DNA from: a virus
Taxonomy: Duplodnaviria > Heunggongvirae > Uroviricota > Caudoviricetes
Length of the DNA: 64,000 bases
Reading direction: 5' to 3' (one strand)
IMG/VR virus record: IMGVR_UViG_3300012943_000028
Location: 176,642 to 240,641 of that record
Shown: piece by piece, positions 27,785 through 37,921 of the stretch
Numbering within the stretch: the first letter of the stretch is position 1
Layout of the letters: each line of letters begins with the position of its first letter
Notes under the pieces: generated by a model
Told to the model about the DNA's origin: nothing
Database searches by the model: none
The model's input: only the letters and a program-made list of their open reading frames with translations
Translations under genes and position numbers: made by a program

Positions 27785-28706
27785 TGATCATTCTCCTTGC
27801 AAGCGGCTCGATGTTCTCTCTACCACGAAGCCGCTGCAACCATTCGTTTGGAATTCCATCAACACCGTGAATGAGACCAGCCAAACCGCCGGCGATGCAG
27901 GCAGTTGTGTCAGTATCGCAGCCTAAAGCGATTGCGTTCTTGATCGTCTCCTCGTACGTCTTGCTGATGCGCACGGAATAGATGGCGCTCCAGAAGCTGT
28001 TCACAACGTAGCCGCTTCCGGTCGGTTCATTTGCCTGCGCTTTCTCGATGAAGTCAAGCTCAGCCAATTCAGCATCGCCAAGCTTGATCATGCTGTTGTT
28101 CCTGACCACACTGAAGGCCCGCTTTACTGCGATATCAATGTCGCCAATGTAGTTGAGCAGGTAGTAGGCGGTGACAGCGTAGACGCCGCATGTCAGTGAG
28201 CAAAGATAGCTTGGGTGGGTCGGCTGCGACTGTTCGTACCCATTCATGAATGCTTCAACGTCAATACGAGCCGTAAGGGCAGCCGGCAGGCAGCGCATGA
28301 GAGAGCCGTTGCCTGACATCTCGCGCATCATGAGCTCTTCACGAGTCGCCATTCCATGGAGGGCCATGCTGGTTTGGTTGCCTATGTCGAAGGTATTGTT
28401 GTCGACCGACATGTAGCCCTCATGGGCCCAGCGCTTCAGCGAAGCGAGTAGGTCTCCAGCTGTTCCCTTGTTGAGCTGCACCTCGAGGTGACACAAGAGC
28501 TGCGCACCATCGTCAGAGTACGTTCCGATCTGGATGTTCGGCCACGTCCTGTTGAATCCCTTTGGTGGAATCATATCAAGCTGATCGAACGGCGGAAGCC
28601 TGTTCGGGTGGTTGAACTCGTACGGAACGCCGACGGCATCGCCGACGAGAGCCCCATACAGGCCACCAAGAAGCTTGATCCGCTTTTCTTCAGTCAGAAT
28701 AGGCAT
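27771..28706 (-). CDS. ADP-ribosylglycohydrolase (DraG/ARH family)
   Basis: GALVGDAVGVPYEF, YSDDG, FDIGNQT, GNGSLMR, DTDTTACIAGGLAG. Confidence 0.94.
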   Translation of the reverse strand: MPILTEEKRIKLLGGLYGALVGDAVGVPYEFNHPNRLPPFDQLDMIPPKGFNRTWPNIQIGTYSDDGAQLLCHLEVQLNKGTAGDLLASLKRWAHEGYMSVDNNTFDIGNQTSMALHGMATREELMMREMSGNGSLMRCLPAALTARIDVEAFMNGYEQSQPTHPSYLCSLTCGVYAVTAYYLLNYIGDIDIAVKRAFSVVRNNSMIKLGDAELAELDFIEKAQANEPTGSGYVVNSFWSAIYSVRISKTYEETIKNAIALGCDTDTTACIAGGLAGLIHGVDGIPNEWLQRLRGRENIEPLARRMINEAR

Positions 28707-29635
28707 TCTTAGATTCTCTTGCTCGTTGCTCAGATTGCTTCAGCTTCTTGCTGGCGTAGTCGTTGATGGTTGTAATCGACAGGAGCTGCTTGCTCGCGTC
28801 TGATGGAAGCGCCATCTCTTCATTGATCACAAAGCGAGTGAGAACGTCCACGATCGGTTCATCAGTAAGCACGACATGGCCAAACGGCACGGTCCCACGG
28901 GCTGCGCTATCACGCAGTGATTTGACCGCCTGCTTTGAAGAGAACTCAATGTCTTCTGGGCATATGTAGATCCAAAAATCATAGGTCCGCTCGGCGCTGG
29001 GCCGAAGCAGAAAGGAAATACCGCCCCTCACTTGAGGGATTAGTCGATGACTTTTGTAGTCGTACCAGTGAGGGCGAACGTGGCGGAAAATCTCACTCAT
29101 TGCGCTCTAGCTGTTGGATGGTGCGCTGTAGCCTACCACCAGCAGTGTCATACAGCTCGAGCCCACGCTCAGCACGGAGCTTGCTGATGACTGCGTCGGC
29201 ATGAGCATCTCCATTCACGAACTTTGACCCGTGCTTGTAGTCAAGCTCACGCTCAACGAGCGCTAGCTCATCATAGAACTTCTTCTCAGCTTCAACGAAG
29301 CTGCCAAGGTCGGTGGCGGCGTTGACAAGGGCCAGATCAGATGTGCGGAAGTTGCTGAAGCCCTCATCCCACCAGAACTTCACGAAGTCCGGTTCACTCT
29401 CTACACCGAAGGTGAGAATGCCTGGAGAGCCAGCCGAAAAACCGATTACAGACAGTCGAATACGGTTCCCATCATAACTGATGTCCTTATCGGTCTGGTG
29501 GAAAAGCGTGATATTGAGGCGCTTTTCCATAGTGCGAAGCCACTCAAGCACCTTCTGCGGGATAGACCTCAGCAGCTGCTCAGAAAGCTGGTCGTTAGCG
29601 TAGTATTCGTTTAGTTCGTCCATATTCTTCTCCAT
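28690..29635 (-). CDS. two hypothetical genes (28690-29100, 29093-29635)
   Basis: Overlapping start/stop coupling in the same operon. Confidence 0.7.
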
Positions 29636-29907
29636 CACACGTTCGGATCGGCATGCCACTTGTAAAACAGAGCACGCTTCTTTTCAGCTCGCTTCATGAT
29701 GGCCTCTTCGTCGAGGTCCCACACGTCAGCAACGAAAGTTGAAATTGCGAGGACATCAGCAAGCTCTTCTTCAAGTCGAAGCTTCATAGAGCCTGCACCA
29801 TCTGGGTGAACGTCAGTGTTCATGAACGCCACCTTCTTAGCAGCGATTGCGGTGAGTTCACCGCATTCTTCCATGAGCTTCGTGAGTCCGTTGTTAGACA
29901 TTGTCAT
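29635..29907 (-). CDS. MazG-like nucleotide pyrophosphohydrolase
   Basis: LTKLMEECGELTAIAAK...LEEELADVLA (EExxE..ExxD). Confidence 0.78.
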   Translation of the reverse strand: MTMSNNGLTKLMEECGELTAIAAKKVAFMNTDVHPDGAGSMKLRLEEELADVLAISTFVADVWDLDEEAIMKRAEKKRALFYKWHADPNV

Positions 29908-30603
29908 GCGTTCTTCCTCGGCCAGATGTTCAGAGCACGAATCCACGGTTTGATGCCCTCATTGCACCAAATGCTGAGCCATGATGTTGTGTAGAACATC
30001 ACTCCGCTCCTGTACGAACCGTAGTAGTTTCTAAACGAGCGAACCTTCTTTAGGTCTTCGTTCTTGAGCCAATCAATGCGCTCCAAGGTTTCACCCTCGC
30101 CACGAACGATAGACCATCCGCTCACACCATTGATGATGTACCACTCGGCACCACGGTAGATCACGCGATCTCCGAGGTTGAGCTGGAACATCCACTGAAG
30201 TGCAAGCCAGCGGATGTAGAGCATGTACCAGAGCTTCGTCATGACTTCACCTGCACTTCCTTCAGATGGTTTCCCTTCTCGAGGCATTCGGCACAGAAGT
30301 CTACACGCTGGCCATTCCACTTAGAGATGGCACCAGTCAACCAGCCATACTTCTTGAGAAGCTCCGTAAGGGACTCGCCCATAGGAAACTCCTCGTAGTT
30401 CTGACAACCGTTGCAACGTATCTTCTGGTAGAGGCTCATGGTGCCTGCTCTGCTTCTGACAGTGGCTTGATGATGTAGTCTTTTACAACTAGCGGCTTCT
30501 TTGGGATGTGCTCGTCGCAGTTACTCCCAAGGTATGCGTTCGACGCAAGCGCACGTATTTCATGGGCTGCATCGCTCTGACATTGAAGCCAGGTACACCT
30601 CAT
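29904..30603 (-). CDS. three small genes (29904-30242, 30239-30439 with CxxC..CxxC, 30436-30603)
   Basis: All ATGA-coupled. The 55-aa 30436-30603 ORF (MRCTWLQC...) was read manually and fills the gap before thyA's stop. Confidence 0.6.
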
Positions 30604-31469
30604 ACCGCCATCTCTGCCTTGATTGAGTCGTATGACATGTAGCCGTTCAGGGCGATGTCCGACATTGTGAAGCCGTCGATGTCCTTGACATCTGGATTCA
30701 GGCTCAGCGTTGGCAGTGGATACGGTTCACGCGTCAGCTGCTCCTTTACCTGGTCGATATGGTTCAGGTAGATATGCGCATCACCGATGTTGATGATGAG
30801 CTCTCCTGGGTTGTAGCCAGTTACCTGCGCAAGCAGGTGCACGAACAGAGCGTACGACGCCATGTTGAACGGCAGGCCGAGGAAGAGGTCGTTCGAACGG
30901 ATGTACACGACACAGTTCAGTTCCTTCTTCTCCTGCGAGACGTGGAACTGAGCGAACATGTGACATGGCGGCAGCGCCATCTGGTCCATCTCACCAGCAT
31001 TGAATGCCGTAAGAACCATGCGGCGATCTGCCGGGTTGGTCTTCAGCGACTTCACGACGTTTGCAAGCTGATCAATCTCTGTAACGTTCGTGATGTCAGG
31101 AGTTGCCTTTCTCCAATGACGCCACTGCACGCCGTAGACGCGTCCAAGGTCTCCCTCGAACTGAGCCTTTGGCTTCCAGTAGTCCGCATTTGCGTTTGCT
31201 GTCCAGATGGTCGTGCGAGCTGGATCACGAGTACCGTAGGTGATCTCGGCCAAGCGACGCTCATCTGAGCCGCCCTCGATGAACCACAGCAGCTCACCAA
31301 CTACAGGCTTCCATGCCACCTTCTTGGAGGTGATTAGAGGAAAGCCATTCGAGAGGTGGTGGCGGATCGTTCGCCCGAACACTGAGAGAGTGCCAACTCC
31401 GGTGCGATCGATCTTCTTCTCTCCGGTCTCGAGGACTTCGGAGAGGAGGTCAAGATATTCGTATTCCAT
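30600..31469 (-). CDS. thyA: thymidylate synthase
   Basis: DRTGVGT, DLGRVYGVQWR, LPPCH, RSNDLFLGLPFNMASY (dUMP-specifying Asn kept), DAHIYLNH. Confidence 0.97.
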   Translation of the reverse strand: MEYEYLDLLSEVLETGEKKIDRTGVGTLSVFGRTIRHHLSNGFPLITSKKVAWKPVVGELLWFIEGGSDERRLAEITYGTRDPARTTIWTANANADYWKPKAQFEGDLGRVYGVQWRHWRKATPDITNVTEIDQLANVVKSLKTNPADRRMVLTAFNAGEMDQMALPPCHMFAQFHVSQEKKELNCVVYIRSNDLFLGLPFNMASYALFVHLLAQVTGYNPGELIINIGDAHIYLNHIDQVKEQLTREPYPLPTLSLNPDVKDIDGFTMSDIALNGYMSYDSIKAEMAV

Positions 31470-31542
31470 GCGGCTCCTTAGAGCTCTTTCTTATGTGATG
31501 TTCTATTTACGTCTGCAGGTTGACGTTCGGTTGTGATCGGCT

Positions 31543-31878
31543 TCAGTACGCCCGTTCCCAGTCAAACTCACGGTCGACGACACCGTTGAAGTACTTCACG
31601 GTCCTCTTGAACTTGATCGGCATGCCGACCATGATCGGACAACGGACGTGCATGAACTCGCCAGACTCCATCTTCACCATCGCTGTGCCAGGGTTTGAGC
31701 CGCTCCAGCCGCTGTAGCCGGAACCGACGCACTCGCCGACTTCGGCGATGATCTCGGTCTTTGTTTCCTGCTTGTACTCGTACTGAGATGCGTTTGTGAT
31801 CTCACCGCATCCTGTCAGCATGATGGCAGCGATGAACGATGCGACGGCAACAGCAGATAGAATCTTAATCATTAGCAT
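31543..31878 (-). CDS. putative lipoprotein
   Basis: Signal peptide with lipobox LTGC. Confidence 0.6.
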   Translation of the reverse strand: MLMIKILSAVAVASFIAAIMLTGCGEITNASQYEYKQETKTEIIAEVGECVGSGYSGWSGSNPGTAMVKMESGEFMHVRCPIMVGMPIKFKRTVKYFNGVVDREFDWERAY

Positions 31879-31881
31879 CTC

Positions 31882-32190
31882 CTAATCATGAACAACGAGC
31901 GCTACGCGCCCATACACGTTCTTCAGCGTGGTCCAACCGTTGATGAAGCCGCTGGCGTTGGCGATCTGGTATCGACCGTCTGCGCCAACAGCAGAAACAA
32001 AATGTAGGTACACATTGCCGCCAACCTTTGCTAGGACGATGTCACCCTTGACGGGGAGGTCCACACCAATCGGATGGAGTGTGACCTGATTGCCGCTCTC
32101 GATGTGGGGCCGCATTGAGTTGCCGCGTGGGCGGAACGTTACGTCCTTCCCATTCTTCAGCTGCTCAATGTACTTGGCGGCCCAGCTCAC
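31882..32190 (-). CDS. S24/S26-family peptidase-like protein
   Basis: FRPRGNSMRP..GDIVLAK...YLHFV. Confidence 0.7.
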   Translation of the reverse strand: MSWAAKYIEQLKNGKDVTFRPRGNSMRPHIESGNQVTLHPIGVDLPVKGDIVLAKVGGNVYLHFVSAVGADGRYQIANASGFINGWTTLKNVYGRVALVVHD

Positions 32191-32932
32191 AGATACCTCC
32201 GACCCTCCAGCGCTCTGTTGAGAATCTTCTCCCTGATGGGATTTTGCTCTTCAGAGAATCCACGGCAGGCGACGTACTCAGCATAGAGCTTGGTGTCAAT
32301 GGCGATCAGCTCTTCAGGACGGCAGCTGCTGGTTTCACCCATCGCCTCGCCCTTCACGTCCTTTCCGTAGTTCCAGCGAACGTAGTAGCCGCCGTAGTGG
32401 TTCGGCTTGATGATGGTTCCCATTGAGCCATTGCGGCTCCTGAACATCACGGGAGTTCCATCAGCAAACATCAGACGATCTCCACCTTGGCGCAGTACTT
32501 GCCCTTCCAGGACTTGTACCATTCAACGATGAATGATGGAGGCGGTGGAGGTGGGCGAGGGATCAATCCCTCTTCAATTGCATATGCACGCTCGCGTCGC
32601 TTTTGCTTCACATGTTCGACGAAGCAGGCGATGCCAATGACGGCACCAACGATGACCTCTACCCAGAAGATCATGACGCCGAGGTTGTATGTCTTCACAC
32701 CACCGAAGCTCCACCCAAAAAGGATGTCGAACAGCGTGTTGAAAGGCAGAACTACGAGGAAGAAGAACGCAGCGACTGCAACGCAGCCAAGGAGAAACGT
32801 TAGGAACGCACCCCACATAACGGCGCGCGAGTACGTGCAGATGTCTTGGTTGCTGTGGCGGCGATGGAATCCACCGAACGTGCTTGCGCACCAGTAGTGC
32901 CACGTGCCGTCTTTGATCTTGATGGTATTCAT
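32187..32932 (-). CDS. two hypothetical genes (32187-32471; 32471-32932, membrane protein)
   Basis: Coupled ORFs; the second has two TM segments and a poly-Pro stretch. Confidence 0.68.
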
Positions 32933-32936
32933 GCGA

Positions 32937-33482
32937 CTATTCTACCTCCGTTTTGACCTGGAGTAAACCGCGTGCCTTCAGGTTTGTCAGGATGCCGGTT
33001 ATGATCTTGATCGTGATTGAACAGTGATATTCAGGTTGAAGGTGATTGCCTGCCACGTTCAGTGTGGTCACACAGTTCTCGATCAACCAATCGGTGGCAG
33101 CGTCGATGACTGCGCTAACATCGATGGTTCTCTCCTGAGAAACCTTGATCACGTGAAACGGTTTCTTACGCTCAGCAATGAAGCGAAGCGTGAGCGCCGT
33201 TCCAGGCGAGCTGACAGATGAGGCGATGATCAGCGTTGCATCGGCCGCCTTGACGTTTGCGTCTGTCCTTGGCGGATAGTCACGTGATGGGTGTTCCTGC
33301 AACCTGAACTTATCACGAAGCAGATGGTCTGAGCCACGAGTCGTTCTCCACCCGCGCGGAGCCCACCCACCAGTCTGAACGTTCATTGCACGAGCGGCCT
33401 CAAGCGCTCCACGGTCCACACCGTCCTGGCCGCCAGAGATGACGGTGCGGAGCCCAGCGTAGTCCATCTCAAGCAGCGTCAT
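32937..33482 (-). CDS. SLOG-family protein (MoCo-carrier-like/YpsA-like)
   Basis: ISGGQDGVDRGAL, GGWAPRG, YPPRTDANVKAADATL, LNVAGN. Confidence 0.82.
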   Translation of the reverse strand: MTLLEMDYAGLRTVISGGQDGVDRGALEAARAMNVQTGGWAPRGWRTTRGSDHLLRDKFRLQEHPSRDYPPRTDANVKAADATLIIASSVSSPGTALTLRFIAERKKPFHVIKVSQERTIDVSAVIDAATDWLIENCVTTLNVAGNHLQPEYHCSITIKIITGILTNLKARGLLQVKTEVE

Positions 33483-34431
33483 TCTTCTCCGCTCCAGCAA
33501 GCTGTTCATCAAGTGCGGTCTTGAAGAGCTTGAGCTCTTCAGTTGTGTATTGGTTGAGTGCCTTCACCTCTGGGAACACTCGAAGCAGGCAGTCGCCACG
33601 CTTGATGGCGCGCGAGTCAGTCCAGTATCCCTTGTCCTTCAGCTTGAGCAGCTGCCCAGTTCCAAGGCCAGATGGCACGCGAACGTTGAGAACAGAACCG
33701 TCGATGGTCTTCACCTCGATGAAGCCGCCGCTGATCATCGTCAGTGCGGACACGATCACGTTCTTCAGGATGGTTCCACCTGGATAATCCGATGTGCCGT
33801 ACTGCACATCATACTCGGTCATGATGCTGACGTGAACACGAACAGTTGCGTTTGACGCCTCGAACTTCTGAGCGAGGCCACCATGGCTGATGCCTGGCGG
33901 AATCTTCACCTGCATTGGCCGACCAGAGATCGAGCCCGGGTCTGGGATGCTGATGTTACGCACGCAGCCGGCGAACGCCTCTTCGAGCGAGATGGCCATC
34001 GTGTGGATGATGTTCTGGAACTTGTTGTACTCGTGGTTCTTGGCGCCAGGACCTGAGGCGCCCCAGCTGTTGCTGTACTCCTCGCTGTTTCCCTCAGGCT
34101 TTGGGCGATTGTCAGGGCCTGGACCACGCCCATTGCGGAAGTGCCGCCTCAAGAACTCTTCGAGGTCTGACGCATCGGTTGGGTCCATGCCCTCAGACCA
34201 GTGGCGCTGTTGGCTGCGGCCTGGGCCTGCACCTGGAGGTGCATTGCTTGCCTTGCCGCTCTCGATGAGCTCGTAGGCCTCTTTGATCTCCTTGAACTTT
34301 GCCTCTGCGCCCTCTTCCTTGTTTCGGTCTGGGTGGTACTTCATGGCAAGACGACGGTACTGCTTTTTGGCGTCATCGTTCGATGCGCCTGGAGCAAGCT
34401 CAAGGATTGCGAATGCCTCGTCTCTTGTCAT
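33469..34431 (-). CDS. J-domain co-chaperone, class B (DnaJ/CbpA-like, no Zn finger)
   Basis: YRRLAMKYHPDRN..FKEIKEAYE, a G/P-rich linker, then ISLEEAFAG..VKIPPG..LKLKDKG. Confidence 0.9.
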   Translation of the reverse strand: MTRDEAFAILELAPGASNDDAKKQYRRLAMKYHPDRNKEEGAEAKFKEIKEAYELIESGKASNAPPGAGPGRSQQRHWSEGMDPTDASDLEEFLRRHFRNGRGPGPDNRPKPEGNSEEYSNSWGASGPGAKNHEYNKFQNIIHTMAISLEEAFAGCVRNISIPDPGSISGRPMQVKIPPGISHGGLAQKFEASNATVRVHVSIMTEYDVQYGTSDYPGGTILKNVIVSALTMISGGFIEVKTIDGSVLNVRVPSGLGTGQLLKLKDKGYWTDSRAIKRGDCLLRVFPEVKALNQYTTEELKLFKTALDEQLAGAEKNDAA

Positions 34432-34890
34432 GGATAGTTGAACCAGCGAACTCGCATGGCCTCGAGAAGTTCTGCGTTCAACACAAACGCAGGATCGTTG
34501 TCAGGTAGAACTGCGTCGATGCCGCAGTATGGACAGAACGCCGTCTGCTTGTTGTCCGTCCATGAAAGAAAGCGGACGGGCCTGATGCGCTGCCCACAGC
34601 TAAAGCACCCACACAGCTCGCTACTAAGCACTGCTTCACGGTGATGCGAGCAGCGCTTGTGAACGAGCTTGAGGTGTTCGTCTGTGAACATGTTAGGCAG
34701 TGGCGTAGCTGCCAAGCTTCTTCTTGAGGTTAGCGACGTCTTCCTGGGCGAGCTCGAGCTTGCGCTCATAGCCCTGCTTCTGGTCGGGGTCTTTCGTGGT
34801 TGCCACGAGCGTGCCGTAATCGGCTACGTTCTTTTCACGGCGAAGAAGGGCGCCCTTGCGGCGGGCCTGAACACGGACGTTGTTGCTCAT
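34428..34890 (-). CDS. Zn-binding small protein (34428-34691) and coiled-coil small protein (34693-34890)
   Basis: CGCFSC...CPYCGIDAV in the first. Confidence 0.68.
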
Positions 34891-34969
34891 TGAATTTCCT
34901 CCAGCACCAGATGATGCCTTCTTTGGTTGATGAAGAACAATTGTATCTATCGTTGACGACCCAGTAAAC

Positions 34970-36271
34970 TCAATCGCAGGTGATGGTCACCTTCATCAGC
35001 GTGCCAAGCGACCTGCTCAGGTTGCACCACGCCAGCACCTCGTCGACGGTCCTGAACTGCGGCAGCTCGAGCGCTTCAGCTCTTGCCACAGACCCGTAGC
35101 GGGCACGATCGGAAGCAAACCATGAATTTCTTCCGCTGTAGATACAGAACCTGTCGGTGCCAAGCACCAGCGAACCGAGGTAGCTGCGAGTTATGCTTTC
35201 GTTTGATGACACTCGTGTGTGGTTGTCGAAGTGCTGAGCGAACAGCTTCCCGCCAGACGTGTACACGATGTAATCGGGCCAGCTGTTGAAGAAGTGCATC
35301 TGCCCAGCCGACTTCGACACCTCGCTGCGGAAGTGGCTTGCCATACGCTCGACATCTTTCAACTGCTTCTCGAACTCCGCATCGGTGAGGGCACGAAGCG
35401 CATAGCGCATGTTCTTCGGCTCTTCTTCAGTGACGAGGCGAATCTGACCAGACTTTGACGAGGATGCGTAGCGCAGATCGCCATTGAACGCCGCTTCGGC
35501 CTGGCGTGAGGTGATGCTCTTGCCGGTCGGAGAAATGAGCGGCGCCTTCTTGTAGAAGGTTGCCGTCTTCGTCTCTGCGCAGTACACGGCATCGAAGATT
35601 TCAGGTTCGAGGATGCGCCGAGCCGAGGCTTCACCGTCAACAAGCGTACCACCGACGCTGACGACAGGCCGCTCTTCAGCATTGTCGTAGTTGTCAGCAA
35701 CCACCCACCGCTTGCCGAGATAGAAGGCAGAGGTGCCGTCGAGAAGCAGGTATTCCTTGCCGATCTCGCCTTTGCCCATCTTCGGCTTCTTGAGAGTCTC
35801 GGCGGCCTGGATTGCGTTCTTGTACTCCTCGCTCGATTCATGGAGCAGCACGTTTGTGGAACCATCACGACCCCACACGCAGCTACCAGGAATCTCGCCA
35901 CCGGCATTGATGCCGCATGAGAGCAGCAGCGCCATCAGGTTCTGCGACTGGATTTCCAGCTCGTACCCGTACGGGTCCCACACCCTGAAAACGACGTTGC
36001 CACCGCCCCAATAGACACGCTTGACGTCGTCGGTGATCTTGAAGCCTGTGCGTGGAACGTTGTCGACAATCTTGGTAATCGGCTTCGGCTTGTTGCCATT
36101 GCCGTAATAGTAACCTGCAGACCATGTGTCCACGGTTTCCTGCCGCTTACGGCCTGCAGCGTTGTCCTCGTACGGTGTGGCGAAGCCAAGTAGTTCCTCG
36201 TTGCGGCCCTGCTTCTTCATGCCGACGTAGAGCTTGGAGAACACCTTCATCTTGCGGTTGAGTTCGAACAT
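34970..36271 (-). CDS. hypothetical protein (433 aa)
   Basis: Long clean ORF; no motif recognised. Confidence 0.8.
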   Translation of the reverse strand: MFELNRKMKVFSKLYVGMKKQGRNEELLGFATPYEDNAAGRKRQETVDTWSAGYYYGNGNKPKPITKIVDNVPRTGFKITDDVKRVYWGGGNVVFRVWDPYGYELEIQSQNLMALLLSCGINAGGEIPGSCVWGRDGSTNVLLHESSEEYKNAIQAAETLKKPKMGKGEIGKEYLLLDGTSAFYLGKRWVVADNYDNAEERPVVSVGGTLVDGEASARRILEPEIFDAVYCAETKTATFYKKAPLISPTGKSITSRQAEAAFNGDLRYASSSKSGQIRLVTEEEPKNMRYALRALTDAEFEKQLKDVERMASHFRSEVSKSAGQMHFFNSWPDYIVYTSGGKLFAQHFDNHTRVSSNESITRSYLGSLVLGTDRFCIYSGRNSWFASDRARYGSVARAEALELPQFRTVDEVLAWCNLSRSLGTLMKVTITCD

Positions 36272-36281
36272 CGTAGACCTC

Positions 36282-37025
36282 TCAATTTGCTATCGGTCGG
36301 CTTTGAAGGATGGCGATGTTCCCGCGCGGGTCTATCGCCCACTCGATTTCTTGCGTGCACCCAAAGTGGCGCTCGATCTTTAGCGCATACGACTTCAGCT
36401 GCTGCACCTGTGCGATCGTGATGCTTGGATTTCCATCACATTCGGCAATGGTCTCTGAGATCGTGTCGTCAGTCTTTCCAACGACGAACTGATCAGGTGT
36501 GACCTCGCCGCTCACAAGCCCGGCACCTGAGCCTAGCACCGCCTCGATCATGATCTTGGATGTATCGCCGCTGAGCGGGTCGCAGGTCATCATCACACCT
36601 CCAGCCTTGGCATTTACCATCAGCTGCACGATGACGCCCATCTGGGCTCCAGCAAGGTTCGATTCCATGCGGTACTTGACGGCACGTGGTGACAGCAGGC
36701 TCGCAACGCACTGAACGATGAACTCTTCAACACGAAAGCCAGGCACGTTCAGGAACGTATCATGCATTCCGGCGCAGCTCGCTGTCGTGGTATCTTCTAC
36801 GTTTGCAGAAGATCGAACAGCAAACAGCGTAGCGCCATCAGCATTGAGAAGCTGGAATGCACGCGTCAGCTCCATATCGAGATCACCCATCATTTGTGTG
36901 CTGATGACGAACCCCTCTGGAACAGGGAAGCCGGCACGTATCAACTCTCCAAGCGAAACCGCCTTCCCTCCAACTAGTGGAAGGTCGGCGGTCGTGGTGT
37001 CTTGAAGTCGATAGAGCCGCTTCAT
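36282..37025 (-). CDS. stand-alone PEP-synthase/PPDK N-terminal (ATP-grasp) domain
   Basis: VGGKAVSLGEL, FPVPEGFV, AVRSSANVED..S.AGMHDTFLNV, GVIVQLMV, IEWAID..ILQSRPI; no His-swivel or PEP-binding barrel. Confidence 0.85.
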   Translation of the reverse strand: MKRLYRLQDTTTADLPLVGGKAVSLGELIRAGFPVPEGFVISTQMMGDLDMELTRAFQLLNADGATLFAVRSSANVEDTTTASCAGMHDTFLNVPGFRVEEFIVQCVASLLSPRAVKYRMESNLAGAQMGVIVQLMVNAKAGGVMMTCDPLSGDTSKIMIEAVLGSGAGLVSGEVTPDQFVVGKTDDTISETIAECDGNPSITIAQVQQLKSYALKIERHFGCTQEIEWAIDPRGNIAILQSRPIAN

Positions 37026-37921
37026 TCCTTGGCGGCCTTCAGCTTTGCACGGATGCCGTCGAGGTGCGACTCATCCTGCGGCACGCCAGCGTTGACGTTG
37101 AGGAAGAGCTCGAGCATCTCGGTACGGTTCACGTTCTCCTCCTCGATCATGCGATAGGAGCACATCATGCCGGTGATGGCGTGCTGGTCCTTCCAGTTGA
37201 GCTGCGAGAACTTGCGGCCCTTGTACGCCCACTGGTTGGTGACGTACGAGATCAGCGAGGTGAGGCGCTGCTGGCCGTCGATGATCTCGATGGCGTAGTT
37301 GTCCTTCTTCGGGATGAAGATTGTGTCGCCCTGCAGGGTCTTGTACTCGACGAGCGTCTCGTCGTTCTTGTGAAGGTATCCATGGTTGCGGACGAAGATG
37401 AACCCACCGATCGTCGTGCGGTTGAAGATCGACTCGAGCAGGCGCTCACGATCAGCCTGCGTCCAGACGTAGCCACGCTGGTACTCGGGGTTGCAGACGA
37501 GGCCGTCGTTGCCGTACATGTGGATGATGGAGTCGAACGAGCAGCTCGTCACGGAGCCACGCCAATCAGGGCGAGTGAGAATAGGTGCAGAGTCATCGCA
37601 CTCAGAAACCGCCTCGTACCACCACCAGATTCCGAAGGTGTGCGGCTGTTCCGCCTCAGGGGCAGAGTAGGCAGAGCGTGGCTTCTTCAGCGGCTCATGC
37701 TTGATGAGGAGGGCCTTACCGCCCTCGAGCACCTCGTGGACGACGCACTTGTCGAGGTTTCCAACCTGGACGCTTTGGCCGATGGTGAACGTGCGATCAG
37801 GAGTTGCGATGGCTGAGGCCGAAATTGCCGAGAAGCTGTAGAAGTCGGCGCGAGCCTTCTCGATCAGCTGCTCATCCGTCAGCGGAACCGGCGGTGCCTT
37901 GGGCTTGCGAGGTGCCATCAT
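37022..37921 (-). CDS. DUF262 (GmrS-like, ParB/Srx fold) domain protein
   Basis: NPEYQRGYVWT..RLLESIF..IGGFIF..IIDGQQRLTSL..FLNVNAG, with ~120 extra N-terminal residues. Confidence 0.85.
   Translation of the reverse strand: MMAPRKPKAPPVPLTDEQLIEKARADFYSFSAISASAIATPDRTFTIGQSVQVGNLDKCVVHEVLEGGKALLIKHEPLKKPRSAYSAPEAEQPHTFGIWWWYEAVSECDDSAPILTRPDWRGSVTSCSFDSIIHMYGNDGLVCNPEYQRGYVWTQADRERLLESIFNRTTIGGFIFVRNHGYLHKNDETLVEYKTLQGDTIFIPKKDNYAIEIIDGQQRLTSLISYVTNQWAYKGRKFSQLNWKDQHAITGMMCSYRMIEEENVNRTEMLELFLNVNAGVPQDESHLDGIRAKLKAAKE

Noticed and set aside
30600-31469. dCMP hydroxymethylase supplying substrate for the carbamoyltransferase
   Set aside because: It keeps the dUMP-specifying Asn (GLPFNMASY) and all canonical ThyA motifs. 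A hydroxymethylase elsewhere in the genome cannot be excluded.
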